In this document: piece by piece, positions 1 through 10,131 of the stretch
Position numbering within the stretch: the stretch's first letter is position 1
Layout of the letters: each line of letters starts with the position of its first letter
Source of the DNA: Vicugna vicugna
Lineage: Eukaryota
DNA length: 20,000 nt
NCBI GenBank assembly: GCA_013265495.1
Contig: MU057651.1
Location: 1,995,129-2,015,128 of the forward strand
Reading direction: 5' to 3'
Made by a program: the position numbers and the translations under genes
The notes under the pieces: model-generated
What the model was told of the DNA's origin: nothing
Databases searched by the model: none
Seen by the model: the letters and a program-made list of their open reading frames with translations, nothing else

Positions 1-121
1 TGGATATACTGACCAGAGTCATTCTGGATGGTCACCAGATTACTGCAGTGGGTGTCAAATTGGAAATCAACAGTGTCCCTTCACTGAGAAAGGCTTACGT
101 CCCCACCACAAAGTGAGCTGA
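1..121 (+). CDS. Probable 3' end of the coding part of a terminal exon of an unidentified + strand gene
   Basis: Two frames are open from the window edge. Frame 2 reads GYTDQSHSGWSPDYCSGCQIGNQQCPFTEKGLRPHHKVS* (TGA 119-121). Frame 3 reads DILTRVILDGHQITAVGVKLEINSVPSLRKAYVPTTK* (TGA 114-116). Both are followed by a repeat-free, 3'UTR-like AT-rich tract with poly(A) signals. The true frame and gene identity are not determined. Confidence 0.4.
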   Translation, partial: GYTDQSHSGWSPDYCSGCQIGNQQCPFTEKGLRPHHKVS

Positions 122-1300
122 GCTGACGCGCACACAGCTCCGTAGTAAATCTGTAAATTGCACAGCGTCTAAAGCCTTGAATTGCAGATCATTCTTATCA
201 TCCTCTGACCATGTAGAAACTGATTATGAAAACCTATGGTGAAGGCTGAGGCAGGACACTTACCATGGGGAACAATTCTGTCAAGTGTATTTGAACTGCG
301 GAATGGACCATCAGTATTCCTCTAAGAAGATGCACAGTACGACTTGCTTATTTTTTATTTTTTTGGTATCTTTGGCATTTTTAATCATCTGAATATATCC
401 ATGCCAAGAAGGAATGAGATATGTTTGTCAAAGGCAGATACAATCGAAGAGCAAAATTGGAAACCCTTTAAGAATAGGATTTCAATAGATTGTTGTGTTA
501 TGACATGCTCTGTAATTAAACAATTTTGGATCAGCTGAATGATGATCTGGACGCTGCGTCTATGTGGGAATTTATCAGTAGACACTTTAGGAATTTGATT
601 AAATGTTTTGAAAGTTACTTCTCACCAAAGAAAGTCTACTGACAGGAAATTGGTGTTTTGTAGTTAATTTACAAATTAAAAATTACAGTCAAATGATCTT
701 TCTGTGATACGGCATCCATCTCTGTCGCTGCAAGATTATTTAAATTTAACTGTGATTTACAGGATAATTTGCTAACGTGTTAAAGATAAATTTTGGAAAT
801 ATCTTTGTTTCCTTTTCAATCAACCCATGCCTCATGTGGCTAACAGTTAAAAATCCTGGGTTTGCAGAAATTGCTTCAAATTTTATTTCTTTTCCTATTT
901 CTAGCAATCTACTTCTGAAAGACTAATTTCTGTACCAAAATTTTTGTTAAAATATAAGCAATGTAGGGGTTTATTACCTAGCCCAACTTAGACTAGATAG
1001 ATCAATAAACAGGAGGGGTAAGTAAATTGGTAACATTAAAAACTTTAACTCTTGATTTTTTAGTGTTTCTTAAAACTTCAAGTGTATGCATTAATATGGA
1101 AAATCAAGTTTTTAATTGTAATTTTTGTTTTGTTTCTATTGAACAATATTAGAAAATGTATGAACGTATATATACACTTACTTATACTGATTATTTATAA
1201 GCATATTCTCAAGGAACAAGGTGTGTACTTCTTATAATTCTTTTATATCTTATACTTGGTTCAATTATATTGAATAAAAAGTAAATTTATTTTTGTTGAA
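122..1300 (+). other. Putative 3' UTR of the + strand gene
   Basis: About 1.2 kb with no recognisable interspersed repeat, increasingly AT-rich, with multiple TGTA and ATTTA motifs. AATAAA occurs at 1004-1009 and 1273-1278. Repeats begin just after (~1400). Confidence 0.5.
1273..1278 (+). terminator. Polyadenylation signal AATAAA (alternative at 1004-1009)
   Basis: Canonical hexamer preceded by TGTA elements (e.g. ~1158, ~1224) and followed by the U-rich tract TTTATTTTTGTTG. Confidence 0.5.
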
Positions 1301-1399
1301 TGAAATCATAAAACTATTGGGAGAGTTTTAAATTCATGTCTTTAAGTTGTAAAAGATGTTTCCCGTATCATTCCAGTCATTCATTTTTGTTTTATTTCA

Positions 1400-1605
1400 T
1401 TTTTTTTAAACTGAGCCAGCATAATTGACATATAATATTCTATTAGTTTCAGATTTGCAACATAATGATTTAACATTTATATATATTGTGAAATAAACAC
1501 CACAGTCCGTCTAGGTACCTTCCATCACCACACAGAGTTAACGGTATTTTTTATCACAATGAGAACTTTTAAGATTTACCCTCTTAGCCACTTTGCAATA
1601 TGTCA
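1400..1605 (-). mobile_element. L1 3' end (L1MA9-like)
   Basis: Poly-T then ATAATTGACATATAATATTCTATTAGTTTCAG...CATAATGATTT...GAGAACTTTTAAGATTTACCCTCTTAGC, which matches the remembered antisense L1MA9 3' end. Confidence 0.8.
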
Positions 1606-3747
1606 TTTGCAACAACATGAATAGCAATTCATTTTTATTGTATGTCACAAATTATCAGTCCAGTATACATTGGCAATCAAAACAGACAGCCAAAATTGAA
1701 AACAACAAAAAAAAAGACAAAAAAAGAAAAAAGGTGAAGAAGAGATAACCTGCCCTTTGACCCTGATAGCTTGAGAATGCAAGGAAGGCCCTTCTTGCCC
1801 GGCGTGGTGTTGATGTTAGCGCTGACAGCAGGTTTCACTACTACGTTCTCAGCAGAAAGGGTGAAGGGTGATGGCGCTGAACAGACCCCACAATATGGCT
1901 CATGAGCTGGTGGAACTCGCTTGCTCTGGGCAGTCACGATGGGCTAGCTCTGACCTCCCCCTGGGCCCTGGACGGTCATCACTGAGAGGTCCAGGTGGGA
2001 GGAAGAGAATGGTGGGCAAAAAGGGAAGCCATCCTCCAGGACACCCGGGCGCTGGCCAAGGTCCTGAGCCCAGCGCAGCCATGGGCTCTCCATGGGGCAG
2101 GCGGAGCATTCGCACGGTCCCGTCCCGGCGCCTGTCAGTGTGGATGGTTCCAGTTTCTGTCTGCTGAATCGGTGCTCTGGGTTTATCAAGGATAGTCTGG
2201 AAAAGAAGAGGGGTGGACGTGGGGACAAAATGAGTGACAGAGTCCCGCCAAGTGGGACGAAAGAATTTACTATCAGAAACTGAGAGTCAGGATAAATCTC
2301 TGCCTTTTTTTTTTTTCAGTCTTAGCTTCTTTGGAAATGAACGAACTAAAGGAGTTTCCTGCACTCTCATTCTGTGACATTCGCTTCATCGTCCCAACAG
2401 TAACCCTGGAATCAGTTATGCAGGAAAATTACACGACAAATATCTTACAGATAAGAAACCATCCTTTAAATATGTTTTTCCCCCTTTTGCTCTGTTCACT
2501 GGTTTATTCAGCCATTTGACAATGTTGCATTATTGTTTTAATATTAATGCCAGTGATAAACAGACTCTGCCACCCCTTATAAATAAACTTAATTTAGTTA
2601 AAAACCATCGGATGCACATATCCCTAAGTTTATTGTTTGCGTGTGGTGAAGAATCTACACTTCATTTTAATTTCTGCCTTCGAAAATGCTTTTAAGCTCG
2701 ATCATGATTCATTTTACTGTGCCTTTTATGCACTTCCAGGAGCTGCATCTTTCATCTACTGTTTGAAGCGGTCACTGACAGGGGAACCCATTCATAGCAA
2801 CATTCTGCAGAAGGAAAATGTGTGGAGGTTTGTTGTTCCAGCTCCTGAGATCATGTTTTATCTCATCTGCTAAAAAGGCTGATTTCCCTCGGAAAGAGCA
2901 AATGTGTTTGCTGCGACGTGGGTTTCCCGTTGCCAGGTGAGATAAATGTGAGGCCAGAGCTTCCTTATATTTTAATATCTAAATAGAGAGAGATTTGAAG
3001 CGTTATAAAGCGGCGTAAGAGGGAAGGAGTGTCATTTAGTCATCAAATGTGTGTGGGAAACCTAGCGTGTTTCAGAAACCGATCTTGGAGTTGGGGCTAC
3101 GCCTGGGAACAGAGAAAACTTCCTGCCCCAAAGAGCTGAGGGGAAGCTTCCATCACGTACGCTGGTAATTGTCAGCTCACTGCCAAGCAGCGTGAGCCTT
3201 CCACCCCGCCTCGAACTGCAGCACGCTCTGGAGACGTGACCACGAGACACGGAGCATCAAATACGAATCCTGTAAGTTCCAAACTCTCCAGGCAGGAGCC
3301 GCTCTTTCTCGACGATCGATCGTGACAGTCCGGAACGGAGAGAACCATCTCATCAAATCAAATGCTTGCGGTGCAGCTGATGGGTGCTGGGGTGATTTTG
3401 GGAAAAGCCTGCCAGGGAAACGGCCCTGTTTGTAAAGTGCGTGGCTGGGGTAGCAGCTGCTCACTTACACCAGCCGTTCTAGAAGGTGCAAGGACTCAGG
3501 ACATCTTTCGTAAATTGGCAGCTTCAGATCTTCTGAGAAAGCGTGTGATGTGTTTCACTCTGCAGAGCTGACTGACTTCTAGGCTGGAGAGAGACTGTGC
3601 CCGACCTGGGAGAGGATTTTGACAGAACTCATCTTTCTGACTTAACATTTGTTAAGCTCCCCTTTGGGTCTTTTACTTAAGAATACAGATGTTTGCTGGT
3701 TTTCATGGCTCACTGACTACACAGAACCCAAGAGGATGTTTGAGTTC

Positions 3748-4129
3748 TTAATTAAGCCGTGCTTCGTGGAGTCTGTGCATTTAAACCTTTCCTTATTGGA
3801 AGAAGTCTTTCAATGTCCTCGCTCTTACGTAGGTGAAATATTTGAGATTAGTTTAAACTTTCGATGGACTACATCGACAAAAATGCGTGCACTTTGGCAC
3901 TGAAAAGTGGATCCCAAACCTAGATTCTTTTACCAGAGTCCACGTTTCTTCCAAAGACTGGAAGATTAAGGCAGTGGAAACCGAGGTTTTTGTCTTAATA
4001 CTCTTTATCATCTACTTGTGAGCTCAAGACATTTATCATCCTGAGAAAATTACCTTCTGAAATGTCATCCCATCAGAGACATTTATAATGACGAATGGTG
4101 GCTATCAATTCTCGTAATGGAAGGTTTGA
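3748..4129 (-). pseudogene. Degraded exon (candidate last exon) of the - strand pseudogene
   Basis: Acceptor TTTTACTGTGGCTATTTTCAG| at 4130-4132. Phase-0 translation is SNLPLRELIATIRHYKCL*WDDISEGNFLRMINVLSSQVDDKEY*DKNLGFHCLNLPVFGRNVDSGKRI*... The 3' limit is uncertain, and a possible donor AAG|GTAATT after 4054 would make it a short internal exon. Confidence 0.4.
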
Positions 4130-4939
4130 CTGAAAATAGCCACAGTAAAACCAATGTTTTACTCTTATAATGATTTTACAATTAGCTGAAACAAAATCTT
4201 TGACACTGAGACGAGGCAACGTGTGACTGAATCAATAGAAACATTAATGCCTGTTCTAACCATCACACCGAGGGAAGACGTACATAAAACCGAATAGAAA
4301 AGGAAAGGGTAAAATGTGTCATTTTGGGGGCCTGTGTTTTGGAGTTGGAAGGGTTGGAAAGTAAGTAATCATGCCAAGTGAAGAATTGTTTAATGCATTG
4401 CTTATGTGAGGGTGCAGGTAATATTCCAAGGGCAAGAGGTGGTCAAAGCTCTACCCTCCTTGGAGATTCCTGGACCGTCAGAGAACCTTCCAGTGCTCTG
4501 TGCTCTGGTCCCACCAGAGAAGAACTGATTGATGGACTTTTGTTGTCTGTACGTGACTTCCCCCACTTAACATCTGGATAAAAACAAGACCGTGTTAGCG
4601 GTCCTTATCCGAAGAGCAGATCTATTTCAAACAAGCATTAACCTATGATTTTATATTTTAATGAACATGTTTCTGTTCCCTTCATCTGATGAGACCTCAC
4701 CCCTTTTTAAATCGCCACCTTCTCTGGACGCAAAGACGCAGTGCAGGAGACGAGCCGAGCCGGTGGCGTTCAGTCTTCAGCAAGGACGGTCCCTTTGCTT
4801 CGATGCACTTTGATGTCGTCTTTCCCTGTCCCCTCTCCATCCTCTGAACCCAGAGGAATAGAATCAAAATTCCATCGGGCCACTGTGCTGAGGATGAGAA
4901 GTGTGCTGGGTGGTTACACGTGGTCCGGCCAGTGGGTGT

Positions 4940-5400
4940 TCAAGCCTCCTGCACGCCCGGTGGCGTGTTATAGGGTTGACCTTTCTCTGCCCTCTGCTCA
5001 GTGTGTGGAGGCGGGCCTCTGCGGGCTGCAGCCACCAAGCGTCCTTGAACAGCGGGCTCCAGCTGAGGAGAAGCAGGACACTGGGATGGGAGGAAAGAGA
5101 CTGTGGGGCGTCCCCTCCCTTCCCAGGGGAAGCCCAACAGGGTCTCCTTGCCTCCACAAACACCGCCCTCCTGTGAGCAGCTCTGGTGGTAAAGCCAGAG
5201 CTCCTGCCTTATCCTGGTCACACCCACTTCCCCTTGTCCCCGAGGAACAGAAAGCTTTCTTCTGTAGCTCGTCTCCGGGTGCCTGTGGGTTTCCCACGAC
5301 CCCATCCCTTCCTGGAAAAATGGTCCCTTCATTTCAGCCCCTTCTAGTTACTCCCACCAGTGCCTTTTCTCTTTCCTGTAGTGAGGAGTTTAATTGCCAA
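4940..5400 (+). mobile_element. LTR33-like solo LTR (ERVL)
   Basis: Segments CCTCTGCGGGCTGCA, AGCAGGACACTGGGATGGGAGGAAAGAGA, CTTCCCCTTGTCCC and GGTCCCTTCATTTCAGCCCCTTCTAGTTAC follow the order of the remembered LTR33 consensus. Confidence 0.6.
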
Positions 5401-5495
5401 TTCCTTATTATTCATTCACTGCTATAACATATTTATCAACAAAGGACGGTATGTGAGGCAATGTACTGCCAATAATGATAATGAGGGGTAAAATT

Positions 5496-5740
5496 AACAG
5501 TAGCTAACATTCATCGAGCACGTCCCGTGTGCCAGATCCTCCTCGAAGCACATTCTATGTCTACCTTAATGAGTTGTGCAAATAACCCTATGTGGTAGGC
5601 ATCTCAGGGCACTCTGTGGTCTGTTGCATTAAAAAAGTCCCAAACCTCAGAGACTTGATCACGACAAAGATTATTTCTTGGGGGCATCATTATTCCCTTT
5701 GAAGAAAAATTATTATTAACACAGAGATGCAGGTCCCTTG
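5496..5740 (-). mobile_element. MIR SINE, interrupted at 5604-5682
   Basis: TAGCTAACATTCATCGAGCAC...GTGCCAG...AATAACCCTATGTGGTAGGCATC//ATTATTCCCTTT...ACAGAGATG matches the antisense MIR core. Confidence 0.65.
5604..5682 (-). mobile_element. Short MLT1 (MaLR) LTR fragment nested in MIR
   Basis: CCCAAACCTCAGAGACTTGATCACGACAAAGATTATTTCTTG resembles the MLT1J/K-type motif CCCCAAAATCTCAGTGGCTTAAAACAACAAAGGTTTATTTCTTG. The fragment is flanked by a GGCATC direct repeat. Confidence 0.45.
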
Positions 5741-5743
5741 GGA

Positions 5744-5774
5744 GTGCGCGCGCGCGCACACACACACACACACA
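5744..5774. repeat. (GC)n(AC)n microsatellite
   Basis: GTG, then a (CG)n run, then a (CA)n run, giving an uninterrupted alternating purine-pyrimidine tract. Confidence 0.95.
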
Positions 5775-5795
5775 GTTATACCACAGTCACGATCT

Positions 5796-6191
5796 GCAGT
5801 CTTAGTCAAATTTTGAGTGTCTTAGCCATAGGACAAAGTATAACACCGCGTTGCAGGCTGGGTGGCTTGTAAACAAGGAAAACTTGTTTCTCACAGTCCT
5901 GGAGGTGGGGGAGTGCAAGATCACGTCACTGGCAGATTCGGTGTCTGCAGGGAACCCGGTTCTTCGTTGCCAGGTGGCCATCTTCCCTCTACGTCTTCAC
6001 ATGACCGAAGGAGCAAGGGGGCTGTCTGGGGTCTCTCTGATGAGGACACAGATCCCATCCTGTGGGTTCTACCCTCATGACCTCATCTCCCCGCGAAGGC
6101 CCCACCTCCTAATACCATCCCATCGGGGCTTAGGGTGTCAACGTACGGATTCTGGAAGACGGAGGGGGTCACAGGCTTGTAGTCCATAAAC
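5796..6191 (-). mobile_element. MLT1A/MLT1A0-like solo LTR (ERVL-MaLR)
   Basis: GTCTTAGTC...GGTGGCTTGTAAACAAG...TTTCTCACAGTCCTGGAGG...CAAGATCA...GGCAGATTCGGTGTCTG...ACCCTCATGACCTCATC...GGCCCCACCTCCTAATACCATC...AGTCCATA, a near full-length antisense MLT1A. Confidence 0.85.
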
Positions 6192-6499
6192 CTGAGCTGA
6201 GGTTCAAGACATAAAAGTACAGCGCGGCCAGTATAAAGAAATTATAGATATTAAAAAATAATAAGGGTTTTCTTTTATATGCACTGAGAGAATTGTGATT
6301 TACGCCATGTGCCTCCAGGACTGCACCGCACTGGGCCCGTGTTGAATGTGTCTGTTAAAATCTCTGAGATAATCATAGCTGGCCTTCAGGCAATTCTTCA
6401 CAATGAAAGTGTAGCTAGACCTCCAGGTAGCTTAGACATTAATTTAATGGTATTCTTTCCTCGCCACATAAGGTTGATTTAAGGTCAGAAATAAAATAT

Positions 6500-6810
6500 T
6501 GCTTAAGGCAAATATCTAAAGTCAATCTTCTGAATGGTCCACTCTCAGTGGTCATAAGACACAGGAGACTGAACAGCGAACAAATCTGGAGATGGACACT
6601 CTCAATACAAAAAAAAAAATGAAAATTTTTAAAAAAGAACCATGGTTTAGGTAGACTGAAATAAAGCCATGACATAATTTTAAATTTTTATGTGAAAAAC
6701 CATAAAAAAATCATCTGAAATGTCTAGAGCTAGTGAATATGATTATCACTAGATTTGAAATAAAAAAGATAAATAAAATGACTATGATTCCGAGAAAAAG
6801 CAATCTGATC
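6500..6810 (+). mobile_element. Ancient L1 ORF2 (RT region) remnant
   Basis: ATGACATAATT...TATGTGAAAAACCATAAAAAAATCATCTGAAATGTCTAGAGCTAGTGAAT resembles the L1 ORF2 region encoding DDMIxYxENPK. Confidence 0.5.
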
Positions 6811-7479
6811 TCATAATAAATATTTCCGGAAGCCTTTTGAGGAGCGAAAGGAATTTTACATTCATATTATGAAATAGCCGCTGATTTACCAATTTTAGAC
6901 TTCGTAAAGAGAGATTTTTGAAAGCAGTCAATACGATTAGAAAGAATTTCGATGTATGACGTCAAATTTCCACGGTTTGGAGAACTGGTGGGGAGGCGGG
7001 AGCTGGCAAAGGCATTTTAACCAAGGAATAGTGAGCTGCCTTTTATTATGAGGGTGCAGGCAGCAGCAGCTCTGTCACCTGTGTGATAAAGAATAGTTTT
7101 GCACACGCTTTTATTTTCAGGAGTACGGGAGAGGTGAACGGTCACTATTATGCAGAGACACTCAGTAAGGCTTCATTGCTATTACCGCCTCCCCTGTGGA
7201 GAGCCCACCTTTGTCCTCCTTGTCACCGTCACCGTATCTTCATCACTATCCCCGGAGCAAAACATTTCTGGGGTAAAATAAATAACGCATCTGTGGGATC
7301 TTACTTTGCATGAGGAACTATTGCTCAGAGGGTTGCAAAAAAAAACCCTCCTCTCCACAAATAACACACACACAAAAGATGACCTCGCTTTGTTGAGTTC
7401 AAAATTGTGAGTGACCAGTGGACACTCTGGAAACGCGGGTGGGTCCCATCCACCCAGCCTCACTTGCCCACTCAGCTCT

Positions 7480-7765
7480 GCCTCTGGTTCCTACTCATTT
7501 CCAGGATGCAGATCAGACAGCACCTCGAGGTAACCCTGTCTCGCTCCCCCGTCCATCCTCATCGCTGACTCTAGTCCCCTCTCATCCAGCGCCCAACAAT
7601 GCAGATGTAAAATGCCTCTACACGTGCATTTGTTTCCTCCACTGTCCTTGCACATATTTTAAAAGTTGGAGGGGAGTGTCTTTTTGCCATTCTATCCCCG
7701 ACACTTAATTCAGAACTAAGTACACTGAACAGTCATCGTGCAAATTAAACAAGTGCTTAGCTGAA
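7480..7765 (+). mobile_element. L2 3' end remnant
   Basis: GGAGGGGAGTGTCTTTTTGCCATTCTATCCCCGACACTTA...CAAATTAAACAAGTGCTTAGCTGAA resembles the L2 3' terminus, but is highly diverged. Confidence 0.4.
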
Positions 7766-7927
7766 CACAAAGTGAAATTATTCTATTACATTCCACTTGA
7801 AGACTTAATTTTATGGCACCACACTTGTATTTATTTTTCACCTGAAAAACTTTATAACCTTAAAAGTATAAAAAAGATCTTGTCCCCAACGCCACTCCCG
7901 CATTTTGACTGACTTGTCGTGTCTTAC

Positions 7928-8401
7928 TGATGACACGTCTGGCAGGTGTCACGTTTCTCCCCGCCTCTCCATTTTCCCTGCATTGACTTGGCTAAAGATC
8001 CTATAAGCAGTTTTCTTATTTTCCTAGAAGCCTTTCAATGAGTCTTCTTTAAGCCTGGATTTTCCCTTCTCAGTTCTGCTGCCAGAGTAATTTTTCAAAG
8101 TAATGAAGTAATTCTGTCGTTCCCAGAATCAAAATCATTGAATGGAACTTCATTGACTTTGGAGTAAAGTCCAAAGAGCCGCGATAACTTTCTTACTGAC
8201 ACATCAGCAGTTCTTTTCAACACCCTGATACCCGGGTCACTGGGCAGCCACAAGGCGAAGGGTTCCACGTGCGTTTTCTCATCGGTTACCACAGCCGCCG
8301 TGTGGAATAGGTACAACTGTCATCCCAGAATTGCCTCTCTGCACTAAATTTTCATTGAAGAAGTCCAATTCGTTTTCTGTTTGATTTGTTTCCTTGAATG
8401 G
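7928..8401 (-). pseudogene. Degraded 474-nt exon of the - strand pseudogene
   Basis: Acceptor TTTTCAAATTCCATAG|, donor TCA|GTAAGA, length 474 = 158 codons. It starts PFKETNQTENELDFFNEN, the middle is open in the +1 frame (LYLFHTAAVVTDEKTHVEPFALWLPSDPGIRVLKRTADVSVRKLSRLFGLYSKVNEVPFNDFD), and it returns to phase 0 (FWERQNYFITLKNYSG...). Confidence 0.6.
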
Positions 8402-8492
8402 CTATGGAATTTGAAAACACTTTCTTAAAAAAAAGGTAATCAATTTCTCTTACTAGTCTCTCAACTTTTTTGACCTAAAGATTCAAGAATTC

Positions 8493-8787
8493 TACAAAAC
8501 AAAAGAAACTTGCAGACATTGTCAACCATCTTATGGTTCCCAAGGGAAAAGAGCTGGGAAGAGATACATTTGGGAGTTTGAGATTTGCAAATGTTAGCCA
8601 CTATATTTAAAAGTAGATTGAAAAACAAATTTCTTCTGTGCAGCACAGGGAACTATATTCAATATCTTGTAATAACCTTTAATGAAAAAGAATATGAAAA
8701 CAAATATATGTATGCATGACTGGGACATGGTGCTGTGAACCAGAAATTGACACACTGTAACTGACTGCATTTCAATTAAAAAAAATA
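8493..8787 (+). mobile_element. Young 5'-truncated L1 3' end (artiodactyl/camelid type) with TSD
   Basis: TTTGGGAGTTTGAGATTTGCAAATGTTAGCCACTATA...AGCACAGGGAACTATATTCAATATCTTGTAATAACC...CCAGAAATTGACACA...TTCAATTAAAAAAAATA. TSD AAGAATTC at 8485-8492 and 8788-8795. Confidence 0.9.
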
Positions 8788-8871
8788 AAGAATTCCTCTC
8801 CAATATTTCCCTCCTACTATGTCTCTAAGCATTACATTTCTTTGCTCTCTCTTGCTTCCAGAAATTAAATA

Positions 8872-8882
8872 TAGATAGAAAA

Positions 8883-8924
<42 letters not shown>

Positions 8925-8926
8925 GA

Positions 8927-8975
<49 letters not shown>

Positions 8976-9046
8976 CACTTAGATAAATAGATGGATGGAT
9001 GGATGGATGGATGGATGGATGTGTGCATGGATGAGTGGATGGATGA

Positions 9047-9113
<67 letters not shown>

Positions 9114-9278
9114 CATAATAGATAGATACATAATAGATAGATTGGAATGGATGGAAAGATAGATAGATAGATAGTGAGATAGATAGATGATGGATGATTG
9201 ATAGATTGGATGGATGGATGGATAGATAGATAGATAGACAGACAGATAACAAGAGAGATAGACAGATGATAGATAGAC
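8872..9278. repeat. Compound (GATA)n/(GGAT)n tetranucleotide array
   Basis: About 400 bp of GATA blocks alternating with GGAT blocks, decaying to GACA at the 3' end. Confidence 0.98.
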
Positions 9279-9488
9279 AGACTCTATGTTTGTTTTATCT
9301 TCTACTTTTATGCTTTTGTAATTGTCTTTAATGTTCCCTGACAAGCTCGAGAGACATCAGTTTTCATGAACTGGCTTATACCCTTCAGTACCCAATATGG
9401 CCACCACCACCACCATGATATGAATCCATCTGGTGGCCATGTTGGTTTGTATGTGTTCCTAAGAACATGTTCCTAAGTTGTTTCTTAC

Positions 9489-9579
9489 CTTTTGACATTC
9501 CCTTCTGATATCACTGCTCTGTCTTTTTTATTTATTTAAATGATTGCTGCATCCTCTTTAACCTTTCTGGTGATACAAA
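9489..9579 (-). pseudogene. Small degraded exon of the - strand pseudogene
   Basis: Strong donor AAG|GTAAGA at 9489/9488. CAG acceptors lie before 9579 or 9566, and the latter gives 78 nt in phase 0 (KG*RGCSNHLNK*KRQSSDIRRECQK). All frames contain stops. Confidence 0.4.
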
Positions 9580-9724
9580 CTGGTAGTAAATTTTAATTGT
9601 TAAACCCATTTGTTCTTTAGCGACCCCATTTCAAAGAGGGATCTTGGTACCAGTGCCTGCATTTGGCATTTGTTGGAGGACAGCCGCGTCCTTCCACCTG
9701 CCCATGCGGAGGCGTTCTCTAGGA

Positions 9725-9948
9725 CAGGGCAGTGCAGTCTGGACGCTGTTGCTGTCTGGAGCCGGGTAATTGTTCACCGTGGAAGCTGCCCTGTGCATTG
9801 CGCAGTGCTCAGCAGCACACACGGCCTTACTCATGAGGCGCCAGTAGTGACGGCTCAGTTGTGACAACCACACATGTCTGCAGGTGTTACTGCCTGTCCT
9901 CTGGTGGGGTGTGGAGGCGAGCAAAATGACCCCCGCTAAGGGGTGACT
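9725..9948 (-). mobile_element. MER20 (hAT-Charlie non-autonomous DNA transposon)
   Basis: GCCGGGTAATT...GCTGCCCTGTGCATTG...AGCAGCA...GCCAGTAG...CAGTTGTGACAACCA...ATGTCT...GCAAAATGACCCC follows the antisense MER20 consensus. Confidence 0.85.
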
Positions 9949-10131
9949 CTCCCCAGCCCTTGACCAAGACCTTATTAAGTTACATTTTGCCCAGTTTGGA
10001 AGAATAGCCTGGATTCAGGGTTGCACCGCCTTGAAGGCAGAAATGGTCTTTCTTGGTCACACAGCCCAGGCTCCTAGCCAGGAGGCCTGCCATTTGGGTG
10101 CCCTTTGGCCAATTTTCAGACAAACCCTCCC

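Noticed and set aside
3312..3323. 12-bp palindrome ACGATCGATCGT (also GACCCCGGGGTC at 14141-14152)
   Set aside because: A few 12-bp palindromes are expected by chance in 20 kb.
4741..5427. Longest ORF (228 aa) and overlapping ORFs
   Set aside because: It has a GTG start, lies largely in a GC-rich LTR33-like element, several frames are open at once, and there is no recognisable protein.
5851..6189. 112-aa and 72-aa ORFs
   Set aside because: They lie entirely within the MLT1A LTR.
8776..9344. ORFs of 158, 67 and 121 aa rich in YLSI/HPSI
   Set aside because: They are translation artefacts of the (GATA)n/(GGAT)n microsatellite.
9463..9472. p53-type half-site GAACATGTTC overlapping a TGTTCCTAAG direct repeat
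   Set aside because: Only one half-site, which is expected by chance.
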